Shown here one piece after another: positions 9,701 through 16,263 of a stretch of DNA of 20,000 nucleotides (within the stretch, counting starts at the first letter, position 1; each line of letters starts with the position of its first letter). The stretch is from IMG/VR virus record IMGVR_UViG_3300027771_000010. One strand, 5' to 3'. The notes below the pieces were generated by a model. It made no database searches. It was not told where the DNA came from and was given only the letters and a program-made list of their open reading frames with translations. Both the position numbers and the translations under genes were made by a program. The stretch is from an uncultured virus (IMG/VR IMGVR_UViG_3300027771_000010) (lineage: Duplodnaviria > Heunggongvirae > Uroviricota > Caudoviricetes).

Positions 9701-11548
9701 GCTGAAGCGACACGTGCAGCGGCGGCGGAAGCAGTTAATGCAAATGCAATATCAGCAGAAGCAACTACAGCAAGAGCAGCTGAATTAGCTAACTCAAATG
9801 CAATCGCAGCGGAAGCTGTTACTGCAAGAGCAGCAGAAGCAACTCTTACAACAAACGTAGGATCAAACTTAACCGAAATTACAACAACACAAGCAGGCGC
9901 TGGTTTAACAGCAACTGGTTCATATGTTGCTAACGGTTCTGCAAACTTTATTGATACAGCAAGTTCATTAAAAGATGCAGACGACAAACTTGATACTGCA
10001 ATTAACTCTGAAGCAACTACAGCTAGAGCAGCGGAAACAGTGCTAACAAACAACTTAGCATCAGAAGCGTCTACAGCTAGAGCAGCAGAGAGTGCAAACG
10101 CAACAGCAGTCAGTAACGAAGTAACTAGAGCAACAGCGGCAGAGGGTGTTAACGCAGCTTCTATTGTAACAGTATCTGGTAACTTAACTTCTGAAGTAAC
10201 ACGTGCAACGGCAGCGGAAGCGGCAAACGCATTATCAGTTACTAACCTTACAGCAACAGTAGCAAACATCATCAGCAACACAGATGCAGCGGCACTTGAT
10301 TCATTAAGTGAAATCGTTACAGCATTCCAAGATGCAGATGGTACATTGACTGGTGCAGTAGCGGCAAATGGTACTGCAATCACTGACGAGGCTACAACAG
10401 CCAGAGCAGCGGAAGCAGCATTAAGCGTAGCACTAGCGGCAGAAGTATCAGCTAACGATACAGACCACGCAACAGCAACTACAGATAGAGGTGCAATACG
10501 CACTGAATTTGCAGCAGCTGACTCAGCTCAAGACACTACAATCGCAACTAAACTAGCTAAAGCTGGTGGCGTAATGAGTGGTGATATTGATATGGGTACA
10601 AACATGCTAACTGGTTTAAGCACAGCATCCCTACCGGGTGATGCAGTTTCTAAAGCAGTACTAGACGCAGCAATTTCAAGCCAAGACATCACTGTATACA
10701 CTACAGATGACTTAGCTGAAGGCAGCAACTTGTACTTCACAACTGCACGTGCAAGAACATCAATTAGTGTTGTAGACACAGCAGGCGCAGGACTCGTAAC
10801 ATACGATAACAGCACTGGTGTAATCTCAATTGACACTAATGAATCAGTACTAGACTTAACTGATGTATCCGATACGGCATACACAGATAAAGCTAATTAC
10901 GTTCTAGCAGTTAACGCAGGTGAAACAGGAATGGCTCTTAAAGATCCATTGGAACTGTTTACATCTAACCAACGTCAAACTATCCCAGGTGATGGTGTAG
11001 CGACTACTTACTCGATTAACTTCGTAACAGACCAAGCTAACAGCATGGTATTTGTTGGCGGTGTTATTCAGGATCCAGGTACTCACTATACTATTAATGG
11101 TTCAGCACAAACGATTACTTTCTCAAGTGCGTTACCAACAGGTACGCAGGCAGTAGTTGTTGCTCACATGTCAGGACTAACTCCAGTATTAACAGCTGGT
11201 CAAGTTACAACTGATAAATTAGCAGCTGATATCAAAGCATACGTCCAGAAAGCTGAAGTTTCAGCAACTGGTTCTACTACAGTAGATTCGTTTAATGGTA
11301 CATTGTATCGTTCAGCTAAGTATGTGATCCAAGTAGGTGATGGCGCTGGTAACTTCGAAACACGTGAAGCATTAGTAGTACACGACGGTACAACTGCATA
11401 TATCACAGAGTTTGCACTAGTTTATACTGGTACAGATTTAATTGGTGATGCAAGTGTAACAATGAGTGGTAATAATGTGTTGTTAACATACACACCGACA
11501 TCAGGTTCAGCAACTGTTAAAGTTATTGGAACATACATCGATGTTTAA
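6782..11548 (+). CDS. Giant Ala/Thr-rich coiled-coil fibre (long tail fibre/whisker-like), ~1588 aa
   Basis: ATG 6782 is preferred to TTG 6764 because GGAGA lies at 6770-6774. Repeats EAxTARAAE and IATNxTx; four D(P/A)AALDSL(S/T)EIVxxFQ nodes; two TxDLAE..(K/L)YFTxARA motifs; GDG..T.Y beta repeat; C-terminal DSF...YRSAKYVIQ...VVHDGTTAYITEF domain typical of T4-like marine phage structural proteins. Confidence 0.85.
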   Translation: MAFRQIKSPALADQSILNTKLDVSAVSGQTSASSLQNLDTLLVHVNATSALAAVSAGDLIASFDTADLAENASAKYFTDARAVSATASAISTAVDAEAVIARAAEVANANAVVAEATAARSAEGTLTADLATEVATARAAESALDIAYKSADAGLQTQISNIISNVDPAALDSLSEIVAEFQTQDSALTAAIVANSTLITNEVSRATTAEGLNTTAIAAEAVTARANEGTNATAIVNEAATARAAEQALDARTTSAEADIITNANGLAAEIATTNGEVSTLTADLASEAATARASELANATDINSESVARATADTAVRSEFAAGDVAVTTAMETYADTAEADAISTASGDATTKANAAQAAAISSAEAKDVAQKVISDAADAALDVRVTASEADVTALETTIGDISNTPLDTTATSLGGAINELHTEVTTATAGIATNVTDIATNATDIATNATNIANIVSNTDAAALDSLTEIVTAFQAGDSTLTAAFNTVTTSLNSEISDRASGDATLQANVDAEAVTARAAELVNATAIANEVTNRAAADVAVKAASDAYADTAEADAIASAEAKDVARMVTSDAYADTAEADAIATAAADATTKADAAQAAAEATAATDASAKVLVEKTRAEAAEEANAINITANDGDIATNATGIATNASAISTEASDRAAADVVLNTAITAEATRAAAAELVNTNAIAAEAVTSRAAELANATAISDETSRSTTIDVNHAALIATNISGIATNLTGLNNEIVAARAAEATLQANIDTETSRIDSILTNTDPAALDSLTEIVTAFQTADGTINGAITSLASASSADRTLVRSEFAAADTALGNRLTTEEANVDALETTMGSATITTTAQTVTGAINELNSASSGGLATLQAEVDATQVGAGLAADGGYTALSGTHAIDTAASLKGADTLLDAAILAEQTARTSADATHTSNIATNTAGIATNVTAIATNATNIATNVSDISANNASIVAEATRAAAAEAVNANAISAEATTARAAELANSNAIAAEAVTARAAEATLTTNVGSNLTEITTTQAGAGLTATGSYVANGSANFIDTASSLKDADDKLDTAINSEATTARAAETVLTNNLASEASTARAAESANATAVSNEVTRATAAEGVNAASIVTVSGNLTSEVTRATAAEAANALSVTNLTATVANIISNTDAAALDSLSEIVTAFQDADGTLTGAVAANGTAITDEATTARAAEAALSVALAAEVSANDTDHATATTDRGAIRTEFAAADSAQDTTIATKLAKAGGVMSGDIDMGTNMLTGLSTASLPGDAVSKAVLDAAISSQDITVYTTDDLAEGSNLYFTTARARTSISVVDTAGAGLVTYDNSTGVISIDTNESVLDLTDVSDTAYTDKANYVLAVNAGETGMALKDPLELFTSNQRQTIPGDGVATTYSINFVTDQANSMVFVGGVIQDPGTHYTINGSAQTITFSSALPTGTQAVVVAHMSGLTPVLTAGQVTTDKLAADIKAYVQKAEVSATGSTTVDSFNGTLYRSAKYVIQVGDGAGNFETREALVVHDGTTAYITEFALVYTGTDLIGDASVTMSGNNVLLTYTPTSGSATVKVIGTYIDV
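8084..8155 (+). repeat. 21-nt coding tandem repeats (IATNxTD/N heptads)
   Basis: atagctactaacgtaactgac/attgctactaacgcaactgac/attgcaactaacgcaactaac/attgctaac. A similar array lies at about 9590-9690. Confidence 0.75.
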
Positions 11549-11581
11549 GAAACGTTTACGTCTCTTAAATAGTTAACATTT

Positions 11582-11617
11582 AAGGGGCGCCGCTGTTAAA
11601 GGTGACGCCCCTTTTTT
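11582..11617 (+). terminator. Rho-independent terminator
   Basis: AAGGGGCG...CGCCCCTT stem followed by a T-tract, 33 nt after the fibre gene stop. Confidence 0.85.
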
Positions 11618-11660
11618 AGCTAATGATTGTTATAAAAGCAGTTAATAGCTATAAAAAAGC

Positions 11661-11668
11661 AATAAATA
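11661..11668 (+). promoter_or_regulatory. T4-type late promoter box (AATAAATA)
   Basis: ATAAATACATTGC is identical (13 nt) to the sequence at the 6655 promoter. AGGAG RBS and ATG 11720 follow. Confidence 0.7.
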
Positions 11669-11719
11669 CATTGCTACTCAATGTAGCAATAACTTTTTTG
11701 ATCAAAAAGGAGTCATAAA

Positions 11720-13972
11720 ATGGCACAAAGAAAATTTATAATTGATGGTGGTTTCAAAACTGATGACGCATCTGAATTATTAGCAAATCTATCAATGGGC
11801 GGGCACATTCTTCCTACTGTAGATTCAGATGGCACAACTGGTTTCGATCTAGGTTCTCCTACTGCAAAGTGGAAAGACTTATATCTATCTCAAGGTTCAT
11901 TGTACATTAACAACCAAAAAGTACTAGAAGACGATTCGGGTACTATTGTTGTTCGTGCAGACATCGACCAGGGAATTACTGTTAAAGCGGAAGGCACCGG
12001 TGTTCTTACACTAGCGTCAAGCACTCCACTTGCAATGGCGGCAACGCTGCAAATGGCAGACGGAAAAAATATTACTGATGCAAACGGCATAGCTGTTCAA
12101 TTTGGTGACAAGATAAACATGAACGGAAATACTATTATTAGTGTTGGCACACCCGTTGGCGCAACAGACGTATCAAACAAAGCGTATGTTGACCAAAAGG
12201 TTGCAGACATAATTAATGGTGCACCGGCAGCATTAGATACATTAAATGAACTAGCGAACGCTTTAGGCGACAATGCAAGTTTTGCTTCAGAGGTTACAAA
12301 CACTCTTGCAACTCATACAGCATCACTTACAGCTAATACTTCTGCAATTGCAGTAAACGTTAGTGGAGTTGCAACAAACGCAGCTGCAATTATTGTTAAC
12401 AATGACCAAATTGTTACTGAAAAAGTATTGGCTCGTTCAAACGAAGCATTACTTAACGTAGCAATAAATGATGAAACAGCACGTGCAGCGGCAGCTGAAG
12501 CAGTTCTAACAACAGCAGTAAATACAAAAGCAGCAGCAAGTCAAGTTACAACTGACATTGCTACAGCTAAAACTGGTGCAGAATCTGTAGCGGCAGCTTA
12601 CACTGATACTAGAGAAGTAGCTATTACTACAGCATATCAAGCATATTCTGATAGTGGAACTTCATCAGGTGCAGTAACATCAGCAAACAACTACACAGAT
12701 GCAGAAGTTGCAACAGCAACTACATCATTACAAAGTTATGCAGATACAGCAGAAGCAGATGCAATTGCATCAGCAGAGTCGAAAGACGTAGCACGTATGG
12801 TAACTTCGGATGCTTATGCAGATGCTTCGGAAGCAGCGGCAATTAGTTCAGCGGCAATTGATGCAAGTACTAAAGCTAATGCGGCACAAGCGGCAGCAGA
12901 AGCGGCGGCAGTAAGTGCAAATACTGCACTATCTGGTACACTTTCAAGTGCAATAACAACAGGTGACGCTAACGTAACAACAGCGGCGGCAACTGATGCA
13001 ACTACTAAAGCAGATGCAGCTCTTGTTTCAGCAAAAGCATATGCAGACACAGCAGAAGCAGACGCAATTAGTACAGCATCAAGTGATGCAACTACTAAAG
13101 CAGATGCAGCTCTTGTTTCAGCTAAAGCGTATGCAGATACAGCAGAAGCAGACGCAATTAGTACTGCTTCAAGTGATGCAACTACTAAAGCAGATGCGGC
13201 ACAAGCAGCAGCAATAGCGGCAGTAACTGGCGGAGCAGGCGCGGCGTTTGATACCTTGAAAGAGATTCAAGACGCAATGGCAACTGATACCGAACTTGGA
13301 ACTGCAATTACTAACGTTACATCTTCAGCAGCTTCTACAGCGGCAGCAGATGCAACTACTAAAGCTAATGCGGCACAAGCGGCAGCAATTGCTTCAGCAG
13401 AAGCTAAAGATGTAGTACGTGCAACGCAGTCAAATGCATATGCTGATACTAAAAAATCTGAAGCTGTTGCAATTTCATATAGCTACTCAGACACAGCAGA
13501 AGCAGACGCAATTAGTACAGCATCAGGTGATGCAACTACTAAAGCAGATGCGGCACTTGCGGCAGCGAAAGTATATGCTGACAATGGTGATGCGAATACT
13601 ACTTACACAGCTGGCAACGGTATGACGTTAAGTGGTACTCAGTTCTTAATGAGTGGCGCATATACTGGTAACTTTACAGCAACTGGTGATATCACAGCTT
13701 ACTCGGACGATACTTTAAAAACTAACGTTCAAGTAATTGATGGTGCATTAGGTAGAGTTGAAGCAATACGTGGTGTTACGTTTGAGAGAATTGAAGACGG
13801 TTCAGTATCAACAGGTGTTATTGCCCAAGAACTTAAAGCAGTTCTTCCAGAAGCAGTACACACAGATGCTAACGGTGTTCACTCTGTAGCTTATGGTAAC
13901 ATTACAGGTCTACTAATTGAAGCAGTTAAGGAATTATCAGCACAAGTAGCAGAACTTAAAAAATCTAAGTAA
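11720..13972 (+). CDS. Tail fibre with C-terminal peptidase S74-type intramolecular chaperone domain (750 aa)
   Basis: C-terminus YSDDTLKTNV...IRGVTF...GVIAQEL..VLPEAV...SVAYGNITGLLIEAVKEL matches the S74/ICA pattern, with Ser and Lys five residues apart as in the endosialidase dyad. Also APAALDTLNELANALGD fibre motif and ADTAEADAI/DATTKADAA repeats. Confidence 0.9.
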   Translation: MAQRKFIIDGGFKTDDASELLANLSMGGHILPTVDSDGTTGFDLGSPTAKWKDLYLSQGSLYINNQKVLEDDSGTIVVRADIDQGITVKAEGTGVLTLASSTPLAMAATLQMADGKNITDANGIAVQFGDKINMNGNTIISVGTPVGATDVSNKAYVDQKVADIINGAPAALDTLNELANALGDNASFASEVTNTLATHTASLTANTSAIAVNVSGVATNAAAIIVNNDQIVTEKVLARSNEALLNVAINDETARAAAAEAVLTTAVNTKAAASQVTTDIATAKTGAESVAAAYTDTREVAITTAYQAYSDSGTSSGAVTSANNYTDAEVATATTSLQSYADTAEADAIASAESKDVARMVTSDAYADASEAAAISSAAIDASTKANAAQAAAEAAAVSANTALSGTLSSAITTGDANVTTAAATDATTKADAALVSAKAYADTAEADAISTASSDATTKADAALVSAKAYADTAEADAISTASSDATTKADAAQAAAIAAVTGGAGAAFDTLKEIQDAMATDTELGTAITNVTSSAASTAAADATTKANAAQAAAIASAEAKDVVRATQSNAYADTKKSEAVAISYSYSDTAEADAISTASGDATTKADAALAAAKVYADNGDANTTYTAGNGMTLSGTQFLMSGAYTGNFTATGDITAYSDDTLKTNVQVIDGALGRVEAIRGVTFERIEDGSVSTGVIAQELKAVLPEAVHTDANGVHSVAYGNITGLLIEAVKELSAQVAELKKSK
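12994..13197 (+). repeat. 90-nt near-perfect tandem duplication (about 2.3 copies) inside the fibre gene
   Basis: tgatgcaactactaaagcagatgc recurs at 12994, 13084 and 13174. The unit encodes DATTKADAALVSAKAYADTAEADAISTASS twice, with only synonymous differences. Confidence 0.9.
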
Positions 13973-13991
13973 TTTTTATTACTTTAAAACT

Positions 13992-14021
13992 AAAAGGGTA
14001 GCGTAATTGCTACCCTTTTTT
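13992..14021 (+). terminator. Rho-independent terminator
   Basis: AAAAGGGTAGC-GTAATT-GCTACCCTTTTTT just after the stop at 13972. Confidence 0.9.
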
Positions 14022-14045
14022 ATGACTACAGTTAATATAGATAGT

Positions 14046-14053
14046 CATAAATA
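14046..14053 (+). promoter_or_regulatory. T4-type late promoter box (CATAAATA)
   Basis: 7/8 match to TATAAATA, between the terminator and ATG 14081. Confidence 0.6.
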
Positions 14054-14080
14054 TAAGTATACAAAAGGGAAGCTAGCTAT

Positions 14081-14788
14081 ATGTCGTTTAGAAAAATTCA
14101 AACATCCAATCAGGAAACTAGTAACATTTCTTTCACCGACTCTATTATTATCTTAGGTAAAAATAATGTTGGGAATACAGATGTTGGATTCTTAGGCAAG
14201 ATAGGAGTTAATACCTATTCTGGCCTTATACGTGATGCTGATACTTCTACATTTTATATAATAGATCAGTATACGCAAAGCGAAGATAATAATGTAATAA
14301 GTGCAAACGATATAACAAAAGGAAATTTAACACTAGCTACTCTTACAGCAGATAATATTGTATCATCGTCAATTCCAACACTAGTAAGTGAGTTAACAAA
14401 TGATGCAGGTTACATTACTACAGCAGGCGAAGCACAGGTATTAACGTTAACAGGTTCTACGTTAGCTATAACAAATGGTAGTAGTGTAAGTTTGTCAGCA
14501 TATGCTACAACTACAGCCACAATGGCACTTGATGTAACAGCAAAAACACAAGCAATAGCATCAGCAAATTCTTATACTAATGGGCAAATAACTACAATTA
14601 CAGGCACGTTACAATCGTATGCTCGTACACCACCAACGTGGGTAGCGCCTAAAGGTACAGAAGCAAATAGACCAACAAGTCCAGTTGAAGGACAATTTTA
14701 CTTTAATACGGACACAAAGATTTTTGAAGGATACAACGGAACAAGTTGGATACAACTAGTACCGTCAACATTAGTAATAACACCTTAA
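14081..14788 (+). CDS. Short tail-fibre-like structural protein (235 aa)
   Basis: Fibre motif PTLVSELTNDAGYIT. C-terminal PKGTEANRP...EGQFYFNTDTKIFEGYNGTSW fits the GTxAxRP...FNT...FEGY.G..W motif common in cyanophage/T4-like tail proteins. Confidence 0.75.
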   Translation: MSFRKIQTSNQETSNISFTDSIIILGKNNVGNTDVGFLGKIGVNTYSGLIRDADTSTFYIIDQYTQSEDNNVISANDITKGNLTLATLTADNIVSSSIPTLVSELTNDAGYITTAGEAQVLTLTGSTLAITNGSSVSLSAYATTTATMALDVTAKTQAIASANSYTNGQITTITGTLQSYARTPPTWVAPKGTEANRPTSPVEGQFYFNTDTKIFEGYNGTSWIQLVPSTLVITP

Positions 14789-14824
14789 AAAGAAATATAC
14801 TAGTATATGTCACGATGACATATA

Positions 14825-14832
14825 GATAAATA
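14825..14832 (+). promoter_or_regulatory. T4-type late promoter box (GATAAATA)
   Basis: Upstream of a hairpin (14836-14856), a palindrome (14854-14869), the AAGGAG RBS and ATG 14888. Confidence 0.6.
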
Positions 14833-14887
14833 GTTATGCAAGCAATATGCTTGTATTTAACGTTAAATATACGCAAGGAGCTATAAT

Positions 14888-15070
14888 ATGGCATTACCAG
14901 CAACTGGTTCGTCAATCAGCATGGGAACAGTAAGAAACTATTTTGGGCTAAGTGGTACAGTATCACTCTCAACATTAGGTGCTTTCATTTCACCATCAGT
15001 ATCGACAAACATACAATTGTCGGCTACATTTGGCGGATGGCAGAATCCTAACAGTACAGGCGCATCCTAA
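14888..15070 (+). CDS. 60-aa Ser/Thr/Gly-rich small protein, similar to the MALPxSGxISx N-terminal module of phage tail-tip proteins
   Basis: Own late box and strong AAGGAG RBS. Sequence MALPATGSSISMGTVRNYFGLSGTVSLSTLG...IQLSATFGG has one charged residue. Confidence 0.8.
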   Translation: MALPATGSSISMGTVRNYFGLSGTVSLSTLGAFISPSVSTNIQLSATFGGWQNPNSTGAS

Positions 15071-15084
15071 GTCAAAAATAGTTT

Positions 15085-15134
15085 AATAAATAGCAGTGAT
15101 GTTGATTGACAGCATCACTGTTATCATATATAAT
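15085..15134 (+). promoter_or_regulatory. Composite promoter: late box AATAAATA (15085-15092), hairpin (15091-15123) and consensus sigma70 promoter TTGACA-N17-TATAAT (15106-15134)
   Basis: TTGACA at 15106-15111, 17-nt spacer, TATAAT at 15129-15134. Inverted repeat TAGCAGTGATGTTG-ATTGA-CAGCATCACTGTTA. Confidence 0.8.
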
Positions 15135-15186
15135 ATAAGTTGATCATTCATTGATCTATTAAGTAAACTCAACACAGGAGAAAACA

Positions 15187-15609
15187 ATGAGCATTAGAAC
15201 TCGATTCGAGATAGAAACCTTTGTACTTGGCGCCCACCCAACACCGGCGAGAAAAGCACAAATACTTACAACGGAGCTTATGCAAGCCCGTGAACAACAA
15301 CATCCAGATCTTCCAGTATTAGAAGCAATCATGGCAGACTTTAGTGCTGAACATGATGTTGATGCATTAATTGCAAATATTGAAGAAACTGAAGAAGAAT
15401 ATTGGATTGCACGTTTAGCAAAGCTAGCGGCAGTAGATATTCTAACAATAGGAAAAGTACAACCAGAACATATGAATTATATGGTAGCACTAGAAGACGA
15501 AGCTTTTTCAGCTTGTGTTAAATCTACAACTGCTATCGCTAAACAACTTAATTACGAAGTTCAGCAAGTTGAAGCAGAACTACAATCTGACTTAGCTCAA
15601 GAAAAGTAA
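15187..15609 (+). CDS. Acidic helical hypothetical phage protein (140 aa), possibly a fibre-assembly or accessory factor
   Basis: AGGAG RBS. Motifs FEIETFVLGAHPTPAR and EEEYWIARLAK. First gene of the tailoring operon; function inferred from position only. Confidence 0.75.
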   Translation: MSIRTRFEIETFVLGAHPTPARKAQILTTELMQAREQQHPDLPVLEAIMADFSAEHDVDALIANIEETEEEYWIARLAKLAAVDILTIGKVQPEHMNYMVALEDEAFSACVKSTTAIAKQLNYEVQQVEAELQSDLAQEK

Positions 15610-15612
15610 TTA

Positions 15613-16263
15613 ATGGTTAGCATACCGACGTTTTACCACAAAATAGATAAAGCCGCGAAAGTAGCAATATGTGTACCTGTGCGAGATAATGTTACAGCGG
15701 TATTTGCTTATAGCCTCGCTAAACTTCAGAAAAAGTGCGGCGAGACTGATTTACCAACTAGCTTACACTTCAACATGGGTAGTGAAGTTGCAATGCAACG
15801 CCAACAATTGGTTCACGAAGCATTGGAAACTGACTGCACACATATTATGTGGATTGATGCTGATATGCAATTTCCAGTTGATACCCTAAATATATTACTA
15901 GCGGCAAACAAAGACATCATAGCTGGTAACTACTGTACAAGAGTTCCACCACACAGACCCGTTGCATTTAAAAGCAAAAGCAATTTAGATAGCAGAGTGT
16001 TTGGAGGTACAGGCATTGAGCCTGTTTGGGCAGTTGGCAGTGGAATGATGTTAGTAAAAAGAGAAGTATACGAAAATATTCCTCTACCTCATTATATGAT
16101 TCAGTATAACGAAACTTATACTAGCTTAGTAGGAGAAGATATATACTTTTGTAGCCTAGCTAATGAACACGGTTATGAAGTAAATATTAGTCACGAACTA
16201 AGTGATAGAATTGCACATATAGGAACACGTGCATTTACAGTTAAAGGCGATTGCAATGATTAA
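15613..16263 (+). CDS. GT-A fold (GT2-like) glycosyltransferase
   Basis: N-terminal beta strand VAICVP, DxD motif HIMWIDADM, GSGMMLVKREVY and GEDIYFC (the ED motif of GT2 enzymes). Confidence 0.8.
   Translation: MVSIPTFYHKIDKAAKVAICVPVRDNVTAVFAYSLAKLQKKCGETDLPTSLHFNMGSEVAMQRQQLVHEALETDCTHIMWIDADMQFPVDTLNILLAANKDIIAGNYCTRVPPHRPVAFKSKSNLDSRVFGGTGIEPVWAVGSGMMLVKREVYENIPLPHYMIQYNETYTSLVGEDIYFCSLANEHGYEVNISHELSDRIAHIGTRAFTVKGDCND

Noticed and set aside
8515..10503. 662-aa minus-strand ORF, plus the other antisense ORFs within 6820-13050
   Set aside because: Shadow frames: the sense fibre genes use few TTA/CTA/TCA codons in Ala/Thr-rich stretches, so the in-register antisense frame lacks stops. 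No RBS/promoter support, and the low-complexity Ala/Val/Ser product simply mirrors the sense repeats.
7780..13580. Repeats considered as a CRISPR array or DGR template/variable repeats
   Set aside because: They are in-frame coding repeats without unique spacers. Differences are at synonymous positions rather than adenine-specific, and no cas or reverse transcriptase gene is in the window.
12996..13625. Gln-rich alternative-frame ORFs (12996-13217, 13419-13625)
   Set aside because: Shifted reading of GCA-GCA codon runs (giving CAG/CAA) inside the S74 fibre gene. No slippery site or RBS seen.
13700..13725. S74 cleavage motif SDDTLK lacks the common Arg (SDxRLK), suggesting possible inactivation
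   Set aside because: The Ser and the Lys five residues later, which form the catalytic dyad, are retained; the intervening positions vary in known members.
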